Shown piece after piece: positions 45,261-59,817 of a stretch of 64,000 nucleotides of DNA. Source of the stretch: the human T2T-CHM13v2.0 reference genome, Homo sapiens; the NCBI RefSeq assembly GCF_009914755.1, contig NC_060934.1; one strand, given 5' to 3'. Under the pieces are notes generated by a model, which made no database searches, had not been told where the DNA came from, and saw nothing but the letters and a program-made list of their open reading frames with translations. Position 1 is the first letter of the stretch. The number at the start of each line of letters is the position of its first letter. The position numbers were made by a program, and so were the translations under genes.

Positions 45261-45571
45261 AGCCAGGCATGGTGGCTCATGTCTGTAATCCCAGCTATTC
45301 TGGAGGCTGAGGTGAGAGGATCACTTTAGGCCAGGAGTTCAAGACAAGCCTGGGCAATGTAGTGAGACCCCACCTCTAAAAAAAAAAAAGAAAAAAATAG
45401 AAAAAAATTAACCAGACATTGTAGCAAATGCCTGTAGACCCAGCTGCTTGGGAGGCTGAGGCTGGAAGATTACCTGAGTCCAGGAATTTGAGGCTGCAAT
45501 GAGTTATGATCACACCATTGTACTCCAGCTTGGGAGACAGAGTGAGACTCTATCTCTAGGAGAAAAAAAAA
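45261..45571 (+). mobile_element. AluJ
   Basis: Dimer with J-type gagtccaggaatttgaggctgcaatgagttatgat. Confidence 0.92.
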
Positions 45572-45899
45572 GATTTTATAAAAGTAATAAGTAATTATAA
45601 TAAAAAAGTTTGATAATTTATTTAATATCTTAATTTATTTTAGATAAGCATAATGAAATATATAACCAAGAAAAGCATATTTTGTGTTCTCTATGAATAA
45701 AGGCTCATGATTAAAATGTTAGATTAAAAAGGAGGCACAAAGGTATTACTCTTCAAAAATAATAAAATGTTATGTAAATGGGCAAATATTAATAAGGCAT
45801 ACTTAAAAAAGAAAGTTATATTAGTCATAAGATTTTTTTGCTATAAAAGTGAAGGACAAAATTAAATTTTAAAAGCGTTGTTATTTAAAAATGTTATGT

Positions 45900-46178
45900 G
45901 TGCATGACTGATTGAATCATTAGCCATGTGACTCAATCTCCAGTCATACCTTCCCTGCGACCAGACTGATATCACATGACTCAAAGACCCAGCATTCTAA
46001 TCACATAGTTGATCTTTATGGCATGATCTGAGTCATATTGTTAGCATGAATGAAGTAATGTGGTCTCAGGGGGCCACCATAAATAACAAAGACCCTGCTA
46101 TGACTTGGGAACTTTCAAGAATTTAGAGGTTACCTCCCAAGAACCACAGATAAAGGCAAACTGAATTATTTTTTATAG
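45900..46178 (-). mobile_element. MER21-like LTR fragment
   Basis: gcatgactgattgaatcattagccat...ataacaaagac...tttagaggttacctcccaagaacc. Confidence 0.6.
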
Positions 46179-46284
46179 AAGACCTTGACTTAAAATCGCA
46201 AAGTTGGCAGAATTGCAGTCCCTGATATATCTCCCTGTAAATCTGATGCTCTTTCTACTGAAATAGTCAATGACAAATTTTGCT

Positions 46285-46430
46285 GTCATCAGACTCACTT
46301 GAGAAACTTTTTAAAAAGTACAAGTTGTTGTACCTTACTCTTAGAGACAGGGACTCAGCTAAGGCCTGAGCATTAGCAGCTTTTAAAGCCCTACATGATT
46401 TTAATGCTCAGCCCAGGAGAAAAAGCACTG
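46285..46430. mobile_element. MER5-like fragment
   Basis: catcagactcacttgagaaacttttt...tgattttaatgctcagcc...aagcactg. Confidence 0.45.
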
Positions 46431-47755
46431 CACTCAACTAGAATGACATTATGTAGCCCAAACTCTAAAAATGATGCATATCCCTCAGAAAGAATATTCA
46501 GTAGGTTACAATTTATAGCTGGCAACTTGGAATATGAACACTTCCTAACAAAAATGTTTCCCACCTAAAAAGACAAGTAATAAGCAACTTGATTCAACTT
46601 CACAAGATGAGATCTACCCTGTCATCAGACTCTCATATCAACAATATTTGCAAGTAACAGTAACAGTACATACATATTACACATTTTAGCTCACAATGGG
46701 TTTTTATATCCACCACATTGCTTAAGAATCACAACAAAACATAGGTATTTTATGAGAAAATGAGACAACTCGGTCCTAGAATTATCCACATGTCTTACCC
46801 AAGATCACACAGCAAATTAGTGTCTCAGTCCAGTACTCATTTGATTATTCTACTCTAATTGCTCCAATGGCATTGTAACTTTGTGGCACCTCTTCAAAAT
46901 GAAATGAAAGATGGAGAATTCACAGATAACTAATTGAACAAGATAAAAAAATAGATATAATCACTTTCCTATGAAGCATTCCTAAAGCTCCTATGAGAAA
47001 TACCACCCAACCAGCATTGCCATAGTTATCCTTCCAAATAAAACATTTATATTCAAAATGCATGCTTATTAGCTTTTTTTTGAAATACAGATAACAATAT
47101 TTCTTCCTGAACTGCTTGCTAAGCACATTAACATGCATTTTACCCAAATGTAGTGAATAATACACTTAGACCATCATCAGGGGAAATCATCATTAAAATT
47201 CATTCAAGTGCAAGAAAACAATTAGCCAATAGCTTTTTGACCAACCTGCACTATTTGGTCTAGGCTCCCAGTATGTCCTTTCAGAATAAACAACTTCAGG
47301 GAGGCAACTACACAGATTACAGGGCACAGTGAGAAATCAAAGTGCCTGGAAGCGTTATCAAGGAACAACAGATGTTTGCTTGTGAGCTGGGGTCATTGGC
47401 TTTAACTCACAGAGGAAAATGATCTTTAGAAATTAGGCAAGCCTAGTGTTATCAGTCACTCTTGTGGAATCTTTGCACACTGGAAAACCACCCAGGTGTG
47501 AAAGCCATCTCCATTCTGTGTGAGATGGCTGGGAGGGACTGGCTCATTCCTCTTTGTGGCCTTTTGTTGGTAACTTGCTCTTTCTAAAACTCTTCTGAAA
47601 AATAGGGATGTAGTACAGGGATACTCAAGTAGTCTTTTGCACTGGGAAATGTGGGCACTGGTAATTCAAGAGGGAGAAGGAGAGAATAAAATGTTCCTAA
47701 ATTTTTGAGATGGCTTTTTCAACATTTAAAAACAATGAAATTTTTAAGAGAAATT

Positions 47756-48076
47756 GTTTTTGTTTTTTTGTTTTTTTTGAGACAGAGTCTCGCTCTCGCC
47801 CAGGCTGGAGTGCAGTGCCGCGATCTTGGTTCACTGCAAGCTCCGCCTCCCGGGTTCACACCATTCTCCTGCCTCAGCCTCTTGAGTAGCTGGGACTACA
47901 GGAGCCTACCACCACGCCCGCCTAAATTTTTTTTTTTTTTTTTTTTTTTTGTATTTTTAGTAGAGACGGGATTTCACCATGTTAGCCAGGATGATCTCAA
48001 TCTCCTGACTTCGTGATCCGCCCGCCTCGGCTTCCCAAAGTGCTGGGATAACAGGCGTGAGCCACCGCGCCCGGTC
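47756..48076 (-). mobile_element. AluY, CpG-rich, with expanded 24-T central linker
   Basis: ctgcaagctccgcctcccgggttcacaccattc; T run 47927-47950; TSD aagagaa(a/g)tt. Confidence 0.95.
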
Positions 48077-49019
48077 AAGAGAAGTTTTAAGTCTCCTAAA
48101 ACATTAATGATAAACTGCATTTTATTCTTCAAAACAATTGTATGTTTTATTCTTCAAACTAAGTATTTATGGCAAATACACAGATATGGGTTCAAATCCT
48201 TGTAGCTACTTACTTGTGTGTGTGTGTGTTTGCATATACATTTTAAAATTAGATTCTTTTCTTTTTAGTAAAAGCTAAAAGCAAGTAAGTAGAAAAGAAT
48301 ATTGGGACATCTCACCAACTGGAGGCTGCAGCATTAAGGTGTCTCAGTTCTTCTTGGTGGGCTCAGTGGAGCTTATGTAAAAGAGGCATGCCTGCATGCT
48401 CATCTCCTTGAGGATAGTCTTGTTGAGTTAACAGGTTGAGGTAAGCCTTGCTAAATTTACCACTAGAGGCTCACACACCCAAAAGTGGTAAACAGACCAC
48501 TCCAGCTCCCTGGAACATTGCCAGTTCCATGGATTTGTGTGACACTCAAGCTGTGATAGATGCATCAACATTGTCTATACCTCTGTTCATGTATTATTTA
48601 CTTAAGCTAATGTGGATAAGCTTGATCATTTGCATTCACTCTGACAACTCAAACAAACGCTTGTCCATAACCACTGCCAATCTGCAATATATGAATGTTT
48701 TGACAGTGTTATAAAATTCCCAAAAGAAACAATATAATTGGTCTAGCTGGGGCAAAAATATCTTCTTTATTCCAATCCACAATTACCATATATGACAACG
48801 TAGAACACAAATATAGTTGGTGCCCTGTCCTTCCTTGGCCTTTCCAAGGACCTGGGGTCATCAGGACTTGGGCAGGTATCTTAGAAAACCTTGACTACAA
48901 TTAATAACTTTTTCTCCCTGTGCCAGTTTCTTCATAGAAATGGAGACAATCACACCTATTTTCTACCATATCTACTTTATTATATTTTCATAGTGTCCTA
49001 ATCTGCTGTACATTTTATT

Positions 49020-49170
49020 TACTTATTAATATAAATATTCTATGTTTTTCTCCAATGGAATGTAAGCTTTGTGAGAGGACAGGTGCTTGATTTCTTTACC
49101 GCTAAATCCCCAGTGTCTTACAAAATGTTTGGCACAAAGTAGATTCTCTATAAATATGTATTGAAAGGTT
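49020..49170 (+). mobile_element. L2 3' end
   Basis: gaatgtaagctttgtgagaggacagg...ttggcacaaagtag...ataaatatgtattgaa. Confidence 0.7.
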
Positions 49171-49339
49171 ATGAAGTGATTTAGTGTTGTAAGGATGAAA
49201 TGAGATAAGCTAAGCAAAGTATCTGTGATTATGTAAGATGAGCAATAAATAGTGGCTATTAATGTTCTTGTATTTAACGTTTTCAAAATATCATATTCCA
49301 TTACAAAATAGCAGAAACAGTTAACACTTAAAGATCTAT

Positions 49340-49545
49340 TAGGTACCATGCACTGTTCTAAGCATGTTACATGAATTAACACATTTAGTTCTCACCACAG
49401 CCTTATGAGGTAAGTAGGTAGAATGTTATCTTCATTTTCTAAGTGTGGAAACTTCAGTTATGCAATTTGCCCAAGGTCACTCAACTACCAGGTGGCAGTG
49501 CTGGGATTCACATTAGGCAGTGTATATTTAGATCCATGATGCTTT
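49340..49545 (-). mobile_element. MIR
   Basis: cactgttctaagcatgttacatgaattaac...ttgcccaaggtcac...gtgctgggattc. Confidence 0.8.
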
Positions 49546-49610
49546 CCCAAAGCCAAGACTGCAGAAAGTAGATGGACAAGGGGTAGACAAGACTGAATGG
49601 GTAAATTTTT

Positions 49611-49928
49611 GTTTTGTTTTTGTTTGACATTAGTTTTTTGTTTTTGTTTAAGATGAGTCTTGCTCTGTTGCCCAGGATGGAGTGCAGTGACATGATCTCG
49701 GCTCAATATAACCTCTACCTCCCAGGTTCAAGTGATTCTCCTCCCTCAGCCTCCTGAGCAGCTGGGACTACAGGTGCATGCCACCACATCCAGCTAATTT
49801 TTGTATTTTTAGTACAGACAGGGTTTCACCATATTGGCCAGGCTGGTCTCGAACTCCTCACCTCGTGATCCACCCGCCTCAGCCTCCCAAAGTGCTGGGA
49901 TTACAGATGTGAGCCACCGCGCCCAGCC
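49611..49928 (-). mobile_element. AluS (Sg/Sc-like)
   Basis: Full dimer with cctcgtgatcc; approximate TSD tgggt(g)aaattttt. Confidence 0.93.
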
Positions 49929-52464
49929 TTGGGTGAAATTTTTAGGATTAAAACAGGTGGGATCCTGTACCCAAAATAACAGCAATAAAAAGGCAACAAC
50001 AAAACATGGTAAAGGGAACATCAGAATATACTCTATGGAAGAAAAAAGATTCAAAGAACGTTATGTATTTCTACTGCTATGGTTGAATAAAAAAATAAAA
50101 AACAAGATTTAGAAGATTATATGTATATAATGTGATCCCATTTAAAAAACAGAATTTTGAAAGGTTCATTAACATTATTTTAATTTGAAAGACCCACAAT
50201 TCCATTAAAGTCCAGTTCAGTTTTATATGTTATTTTTGTTAGTATCAACTTCCTGTAGGAATTCCAATTCAACTATCTAAGCCAATATATTGAAATCTTG
50301 TATCCTCACAGATAATGAATAAGAATCAAATAGGCTGATTATTATACAAGGGGACTGGTGGGAACTGTAGAAAACTGCAAAAGGTACACCCATAAGGGCT
50401 TTTTAGCTACAGGTGATCATTACAGGAATTCAAGGTCACTAGTGCCAGATCTCCCACTTTTCAAAATATGATAATAATCTGTACTTGTAATGAAGCTGAT
50501 TTTAAATAAAAGTAACTAAATAAATTTAAATAAAAGTAAGTAATTAATATGACACAAATACTACATGAGCTAGAAGAAAAAAGCTATCAGGCAAATTTAT
50601 TCAACTTTGTTTAGTTTTTTGCTCCAATGAGTCAGACTCCTTGAGAACAGAAAAGTATCTTCTACTTCAACTTTCCCTAGTCTCCACCGCCATGTGGGGC
50701 TCACTGCAGGCCCCCAGGAAAACTCACAGACCTGACAAGTCACAGATTGGCTGTCCCCAAGCTAAAACAAGACAGAGCCATGATAGCTACCAAAAGTGAA
50801 TAAATTATGCCTCATCCTTGCATTCTGCCTTTAGCAGTGGGACCAGTTGTAATCTGACCACTGAGCAGAAGATTATTTTGTCCCCATACTCCACTCTGCC
50901 TGATCCTCCATAGCTATAAGACATGATTATCTACTTGACCACACTCAAACTGCTAAGAACCTGAAAAAACATGGCTTTCTGATAGGTGGTGTTTGTTTTT
51001 TAAAATGGTAGTAGACATTACATTGGGAGCAAAGGAACTATTTAAAATGTCTATTGGAAAAAAAAGTGGGAAACAGATTAGCTCATAAACACTGGTGAGA
51101 GCACAGATTAGGAATGGCTTAAGGGAGAGCAGTCCAGCACTACATATTAAAATGTAAAATATACACCTTCTAATGCAGTGAAGTAAAAAAATAAATCAGA
51201 ATAGAACACAAGACTCTGTTCTAAAAGGATCCCTGTTCTATCATTCTAAAAGAATGATACCAGTTGTTTACAAGAGTAAGTTTAGATAGGAAAATTAGAA
51301 AAGAGAAAATGAGCACTGAGAGCTGAGGTGGCTTTAACGGGGTGACCAATAGCACAAGAAAGCAAATGCAATCAATTGAGTACAAGATTCTGGGCACTGT
51401 GAATTCAATCTTTGCAATCACGCTGAGATGTTCATTCCACAGAAGAGAAAACAAGTCTTGGAAAGTTATGATTTTCCACTGATTCTCTGGCATAAATATG
51501 ACTAACTACAACAGCACATGGCAGAAATGTCAGTGAGTCTCCATGGGAGTAAGGTATTAGGCACTGCCTTTAGAATGATCCTATCTGAATTCCAAAATTG
51601 TAGTTGAATTCTGGAAAAGACCCTCAGATATTCTGACTAGCCACCCCCTCTTTCTCCTATGAGAACTCCTAAATTTTAATTAAATTAAAACTTGATCATT
51701 CTGAGTCCAATGCTAGTGTTCTTTGCATCATTAGCAGTAGACACAGGAGTTGGCAAATCATCTGACTGTACTTATGTAAACTCATCATTTCATTTCATAA
51801 TGCAGATATGTATCCATTTTCATTAGTATATCCACTAACCATGGGCAAGAAAGAATAAACACAAGGGTAATTGATCATCTTATCAGGTTCAACAAACACC
51901 ATATTGATGTGCTAACAGTCTCTAATGAAGACAGAAAATGTCGTAAATTATTTGATTCATGAATACATGTATTCAGCAGTTATTTATTTGGAACTTATTT
52001 CCTAGTCAGGCTGCCTGATCTCAGTATGTAGATTTGAAGATGAATGAGACATGGCCTCTCTGGCCCTAGCTGAGCTCATCAAGTAGAGATGAGGCAGAGG
52101 GAAAGTAGGAATAGAATGTTTTGGGAAAATGAAGCTATCTCTGCCAGAGGTGGCCCTGAGGGCCACACACACTTGTCATGGAGAACTTACCCTACTCTGG
52201 GATGCTGCAGCACACTCTAGCTCTTTGAAACTCCATAATTATCCTGTGAGTTAGGTACTATTTTACCTTATTTTCCAGCTCAGAAAGATTAAACGTAGAC
52301 CTCAGGTTTTCTAGGGCCACACAGCTAAAAGAATTAAAAATACACTAATTAACAATGAAACATTTATTTAAAGTCACTTTTGATCACATATCACACAAAT
52401 ATTTAAAAATACTTAGTCCTAAAGGAGTTTAGGAGATTATATATTACTATAATATTAAAATATC

Positions 52465-52857
52465 ACCAGGTGCTGTTACAAACTCCCAGATTTCAGTGGC
52501 TGAGCACAATAGTTTATTTCTTACCCTGTGTAATTACTTAAATGAGTTTCTTTTTGGCCAGTAACTTCCATGAAGCTCAGACTTCAATATTATGAGTCTA
52601 CCCTCAGATTCTAAGTGTTCTCTCATAATCATATACATCCTGAGAGGATTTGAATATTCATGTGAGACAAAATAATGGGCGAGTCCTGGGAATAAATAAC
52701 ACATTCTACTTCTTCCCCCTTTCCATTGGGCAGAACTTAGCCACATGGCCACATCTAATAGCAGTCAGTCTGCAACATGCAGATGAACTATGCGCCTAAG
52801 TGGTAGAAGAAATATATTTAATTCATTGTGATGAACACATAAAAGTTTCTGCCATCA
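52465..52857 (-). mobile_element. Old MLT1/LTR33-like LTR
   Basis: gctgttacaaactcccagatttcagtggct...ccattgggcagaacttagccacatggccacatcta. Confidence 0.55.
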
Positions 52858-52863
52858 TAAAGT

Positions 52864-52980
52864 TATATATAATATATATACACATATATTTATGTATTTG
52901 TATAAATACATGTATACCTATATAAGTATTATACATACATTTATATACATGTATATGTGTGTATATATGTATATATACAT
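52864..52980. repeat. Degenerate TA/CA-rich microsatellite
   Basis: Direct inspection. Confidence 0.8.
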
Positions 52981-53787
52981 CAACATAAAGTAGCTGTATG
53001 ACCTATATGATTTCCAAGTCATTATTACTTTTTCCTCAGCTTTTTCCTCACAAAGATGTAGAAAAGATAAAATTAACTCCCATACCTACGTACCACATTT
53101 GTGTGGGGTTACTTAGTCCAAACCATGGCTAGTGTCCACAGTGAGGAAACGATTTTGTCAAGCATGTGTCTTTCATTTCTCTATTCCAAAAGTGTAATAT
53201 AGAAATTTCTTTATTTATATTGGTAGTGATCCTGTTTGACTTATAGTTCTGCCCAAAAATCTGTTAATTGAGCTCTTGAACATGAATGCAAATCAGTGTG
53301 TGGACCAGAAATTAATTACCATAATTCAGGGCCAGTCGTAAGCTCAATATGAACATTAATAACAGAAGTGAGAATGATGAAGATGGTAATGATTAATAAT
53401 CATTAGAAAAATTACCTATCTCTTCTGTAATTTTATCAGAGCTTTCTTCCAGATTGTTCCAAAACTTTCCTTATATGCATCATCCTAACAAGAATGACAG
53501 GAATTAATTATGCCACTGCCTTTTGGTTTTGTTTTCTAAAAGTCCTCTGATTTGAGGCAACGTTTTTGTCATTGTTTCTCAAAACAGAAAATAGAGGAAG
53601 CTTGAGGAGAACATATGCCAGTATTTTAATTCATGCAAATATACTGTCGCTCTGAGCAGCACCATCCAGCTCCCAGACAACAAACTACTTAGTCCTTCAA
53701 AGGTGAAAATATTGAGAACTAAGTTCTTCCATAATTTGAAGTTGAGGCAAGGTATTAATATGAATTACCAATAAAAATATTGAACAT

Positions 53788-54153
53788 TGTATTAGTCCAT
53801 TTTCACACTGCTATGAAGACACACCCAAGACTGGGCAATTTATAAAGAAAAGAGGTTTAATTGACTCACAGTTCTGCACGGCTAAGCCTCAGGAAACTTA
53901 TAATTATGGCAGAAGGAGAAGAGTCAAGTCTTACATGGCAGCAGGTGAGAGATAAGAGTGAGGAGTGAAGGGGGAAGAGTCCCTTATACAACTATCAGAT
54001 CTCATGAGAACTCACTATCATGAGAACAGCATGGGGGAAACTGCCCCCGTGATCCAATCACCTCCCACCAGGTATCTCCCTACACACGTGGGGATTATTG
54101 GGATTACAATTCAAGATAAGATTTGTGTGGGGACACAGAGCCAAACCACATCA
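53788..54153 (-). mobile_element. THE1D-like MaLR solo LTR
   Basis: tgtattagtccattttcacactgctatgaagac...gagccaaaccacatca; perfect TSD AACAT. Confidence 0.93.
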
Positions 54154-54581
54154 AACATATAAATAGAAAATTGGCAATGGCTAGAGCTGGCAACAGAAAA
54201 AGATGCAAAGTTTTTTTTCCAATTCTTATTAACTTTCTTACTATCTTCCAAGAAGAGGGAAAAAATCAAGCAACATTTAGTGAGTGCCTATTACATTCAT
54301 GGTGCTGTATTGGATATTTTGCAGGAAAAAAAATAGAAGGTATTATTATCACTGTCATTATAACTGTCATTATCACCATCCTCATTATCACAGCTAATAT
54401 TTATTAAGGTTTTAGGAATGATGCTAAGCGTTTTATATGTAGTAAGCACCTGATTTCCCCCTTGCTGGAATCCTGTATGGTACTATATTAACTAGGAATT
54501 TTCCAGTTACAAACTAAAGAAGCTCAACTCAAGCTGACTTAAACAGCACAGCAACAAATAATGTTACTCTACTACTGCTAC

Positions 54582-55480
<899 letters not shown>

Positions 55481-55899
55481 TTACTAGTGCTAATAATGAC
55501 AATGCTAAAGTAAATTGGGGATTTAACAGTTCAAGAAAATGGGAAGAGTGGCTCTTGATGCAGTATTATATCGGGCTTGTTTGCTATGTCTCCCCCTGCC
55601 ACTCCACAACTTTTCTTAACTCACTGGCCACAATCTCACCTTCCATGGATATGTGTTCTACTTGTGGCAGGAAAGATGGATACCTGCAATTTGAAGAGGC
55701 AGTTGGCCCTGCTTTCTCCAGCAAAGAAATCCTAAGGAACATCTCTAATTATTCTGTCTTGAGTTACAAGTTTATCCTTTAACCGATGGCTGTAACCACA
55801 GGAATAAAGCTCTTCACTGAACAATCTTGAGTCAACATGCTCAGTCCTCAGATCCAAGGAGCGGGGATTCTGTATTAGTTGTTTTGAATTATGGAGGGT

Positions 55900-56100
55900 T
55901 TAAATAAAACATATCAAAGTCCACTAGAGGTAAGTATACCATCTTACCATTTAACAGATAAAGGAAAAAAAAGCTTAGATTGGTTAAGTAATTTAATGAA
56001 GGTCATCCAAGTACACGTGGCAAAGCAGGATTTTATTCCAGGTCTATCTCCAGCATTAATTTTAAAATCCATGTTCTTAAAAACAACTAAGCCATACCAC
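55900..56100 (-). mobile_element. MIR
   Basis: ccatttaacagataaaggaaa...ggttaagtaattt...aaggtca...gcaggattt. Confidence 0.6.
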
Positions 56101-57767
56101 TTACCTAGTTTAGGCCTTGGAGCTGTTTACGACCTATAGGAAGGACTATTACCATTACGGTATAAATTCATCACTCATTCCCTGCAGCCTGGAAACAGAA
56201 CTAGAATTATCAGTACATGGGAAGTTTTCTTGGATTGTTTTTGTTGTTACATAAAAGGATCTGCTCCTGGCTTTGAACAGTACAGAACACATTTACTGGC
56301 TCATTTTTTGCATGTTTCTTACTCATTGCAAAATCAAAAGTCTATAATGTAGCACTGGTCATTAGGATCATAGTGATGAAAGAGAATTGTGCTAAAATAC
56401 ATAAAAAACAAAGAAAAATAAACAAGTACTTCAATCATAACTGGTAGCTTAGAACAAGAAAATTATATTATTAGCCATGGGGAAGATTTTATTTTAGACC
56501 TGCTTTGTGGAGTTGGTGATATTCCAGGGTCTATTTGCAGCGATGGCTACTTATTTGACAGTTTCCTAACTGCCCTGGATTTGATGGTAAGAGACCTATG
56601 GCTGGATTTGGAGTGCCTTCATTGTTGCCCTTTTCAAATGTTTACTCAAAATTATTCCCTCCCTACTTGCAAAGAAGGATCTGAAGTGCTTTAAGGTACC
56701 GTCTCCTGTACCAAGGCTGTGTTTTTCCACTGAACCAGGCAGAAAAGAGAAAGAGCTAGTTTGTTCATCCCACCCAGTGCAGCTATGGGGTTTGGGGGTG
56801 GAGGTGGGGCAGGGAGCAGAAATAAGAGAATTATCAGTGCTGTTACGACACTAAAAATTCATTGCAGGTAATTGCTGAGTCTCTTGCTTATTATCAATCC
56901 TTTCAAAACTACACTAATACTTGGCATATACTCAACCCAGTGCTCTCAGGATCACCTGAGAATCTTCTTTGAAAAGCTACTTCCTAGACCTCACCTCCAA
57001 GAATGAGTCAATGGGCCTGGGATGAACAATATTAACCAACTGATTAATATCCTGCATATAATGTGTGGATCAATCCGTATCACTTGTTCCTTTTTTCCCA
57101 CTGACATCTACTTCCACCTCACTCCCCTACTCCCATTTTAATTATTTCCTATTCATCCTATTGGTGAGGGAGTGATGTCCAGAGCTTCTGCTTTATAGAA
57201 AAAAGGAGAGACTATAAGAGATCAATCTCACATAATTCAGCTGTGTGAGAGAAGCTGGCCCAAGAATGTGTGTGTACAAATGTGTGTGTGTGCGCTTGTA
57301 CAATAAAACTCCAGGAAAATAAATTATCTCTTCCAAGCAAAGTTCAAGATGAGATTATGCTAATCAAAAAATTGGTAAACATGAAGCCTTGATAATTAAC
57401 TCCCCCTTCCTTCCACTACCCCATATATATATAAATATATATAAATATATATGCATACACACCCACCTCACTTTTACATTATATTTTATATTTTATGTTA
57501 TATATATAACATATATATAAAAGTAAGGTGGCAGACAGGGTCAACATGAGTTCCTCAAGTCATATAAATTAATTCAGTCAATTCCACCTTATTCTGATGT
57601 AGATCCTTCAGTCTCTCTCCAACACATTCTTTCCCTGCCTTCTCCTTGGAAGCAATTTTCAAATTAACCCTATGAAATCTGGCCAGGACTGGGGCAGTTA
57701 CATCTCCAGGTGGATGGAAATGCCAGTGGCACTTTGTGCACAGACTACAGCCATTAAAAATGAGTGG

Positions 57768-58053
<286 letters not shown>

Positions 58054-58609
58054 CTATCAGAATAAAAAAAAATATTTCATACATTTCCATTTTAATCTTT
58101 ATGTAAATTTAGCCAGTCTACTTTAAAAATGGATTATTTGTGAATGTTTATGTTTATGCCACCTCTCTGTGAGAGATTTCTGCCTTTAATTAATGGTTTC
58201 AAAGCAACATTTTTACATTTTATAAAACCAGGTGATTGAGAAAATAAATACATACCCACTTCCTATTTGAGGACAAACAAAACCACTAAACCACATCTGA
58301 GCTAATAAAGAATAGAGTAAGGTTGACCTGAAAGCTGCTGACTATTCATTTATATTCGAAGGCCATTTGAGAATCTGAAGAAATATCTTCCAAACGCACA
58401 ATTTTCTAACTACTAAGTTCTCAATCAATATGAAATATAAAAGACTAGTAATTACTGAAATTTTGCATTATTTAGACAGATTTATATTAACAAAAAATGA
58501 AAAAAATATGTTTATTCTTCTTATCCTCAGGTGTAGTGCATTGATGAAGGCGTAATACACTTCCTCATAGACTTCTTATGTGTATTTCCTCGGAGAAGAA
58601 TTTATCTAG

Positions 58610-58990
58610 AGGAGTAGTTAAGGTAACACTAGTTTTGTAACAAAAAACCCCCATGGTTCTGTGACTTAAGATATTAGTTTACCTCTTGTTCATATAACAA
58701 ACCACACTTTTTCATGCTTTTCAATAATCCTAAATTCCTTCCATCTTGTGGAAACACCAGCCTTGAAGCCTAGTTCGGGTCCACAGCCAGTGAGTCAAAG
58801 GGAGGAGAGTGTGGAAAAGGATAGAACCACTTCCTAAAAGCTTTGGCCACACCCACATTCTAACAGCCAAAACCATACATTCCCCTGACTGGAAATGTGC
58901 TTATAGGATGGGCAGCCAAGCCCCAGCATAAAGGCTCTACTTTTCAAGGAGAATACACATTGTAGTGGATATATCTGAAAAGATATCTGT
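58610..58990 (-). mobile_element. Old MLT1K/L-like LTR
   Basis: ttgtaacaaaaaaccccc...gacttaagata...attccttccatcttgtgg. Confidence 0.45.
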
Positions 58991-59817
58991 ATAGAAAGGA
59001 TCATAATACATTATCTAATATAGTGTCCCAGACCTGCTTAAGGACCAGCATTACCAGATCCTGGGGAGTTTACTTAAATAGGGATTCTCTGCTGCTCCTC
59101 AGAAAATTAGATATAACTCCCTGACAACTTCACTGCCATTCCCACTGGATGGGATCCCGTGCAGTCTTTGTAATTATACTTAGGTTACAACCAGTAAAAC
59201 TATTGTCGTTGGGGAAGATTGAAAGGAAATCAAAATAGTACTTGGGTTTGGGTCATTTTCTTTTCTATTTACCGGTGTTCTGTATTTTTCTATACATTAT
59301 TTAAATATGCATAACTTGGGGCATTCTTTCTTCTGTTGAGCCAAAGATCCAGTTTCTGATATCAGGAGTTGTATATTTCTTTGAAGTCCAAATAACCTTC
59401 TTTTGTAATACCTTGAGGAAGGCTCAGTACATATAGGGCATCTAGTTAACTTAATGAGTGATGCAGAAAGAGAAAACAGGAGAAATTGAGGGAAAAAATG
59501 TGCTTGAAATCCAAGAATACATAAGTCAATGATTTTAGGGGGAGTTAATAGAAAATCTGCCACAAGCCTAGAAATAATTTCTTCCTTTGTTTCTTCCTCT
59601 TATATCCATTTCTCCATTATCATAATTGTTATTATCATTAACCTCATCATCACAATGATCATATTATCTAGTCCTTAAAAAATATGATAAAATAAGGTCT
59701 GCCCATCCATATCAATTATGGTTTTTTCCTTATAAAGCAACAAGAATCTCTAAATCAGAGCAAATTAAGCAAATGCTTAAACTCAAGGCTAAATTAATAT
59801 TAGTCAAAAACTTAGAG

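Noticed and set aside
47705-48016. Alu-derived ORFs here and at 22747, 25819, 37550, 49834, 54719, 54763, 60872
   Set aside because: Standard translations of Alu sequence, not genes.
48384-48401. p53-like motif AGGCATGCCT followed by GCATGCTC
   Set aside because: Only one proper half-site; the second overlaps it and breaks canonical spacing.
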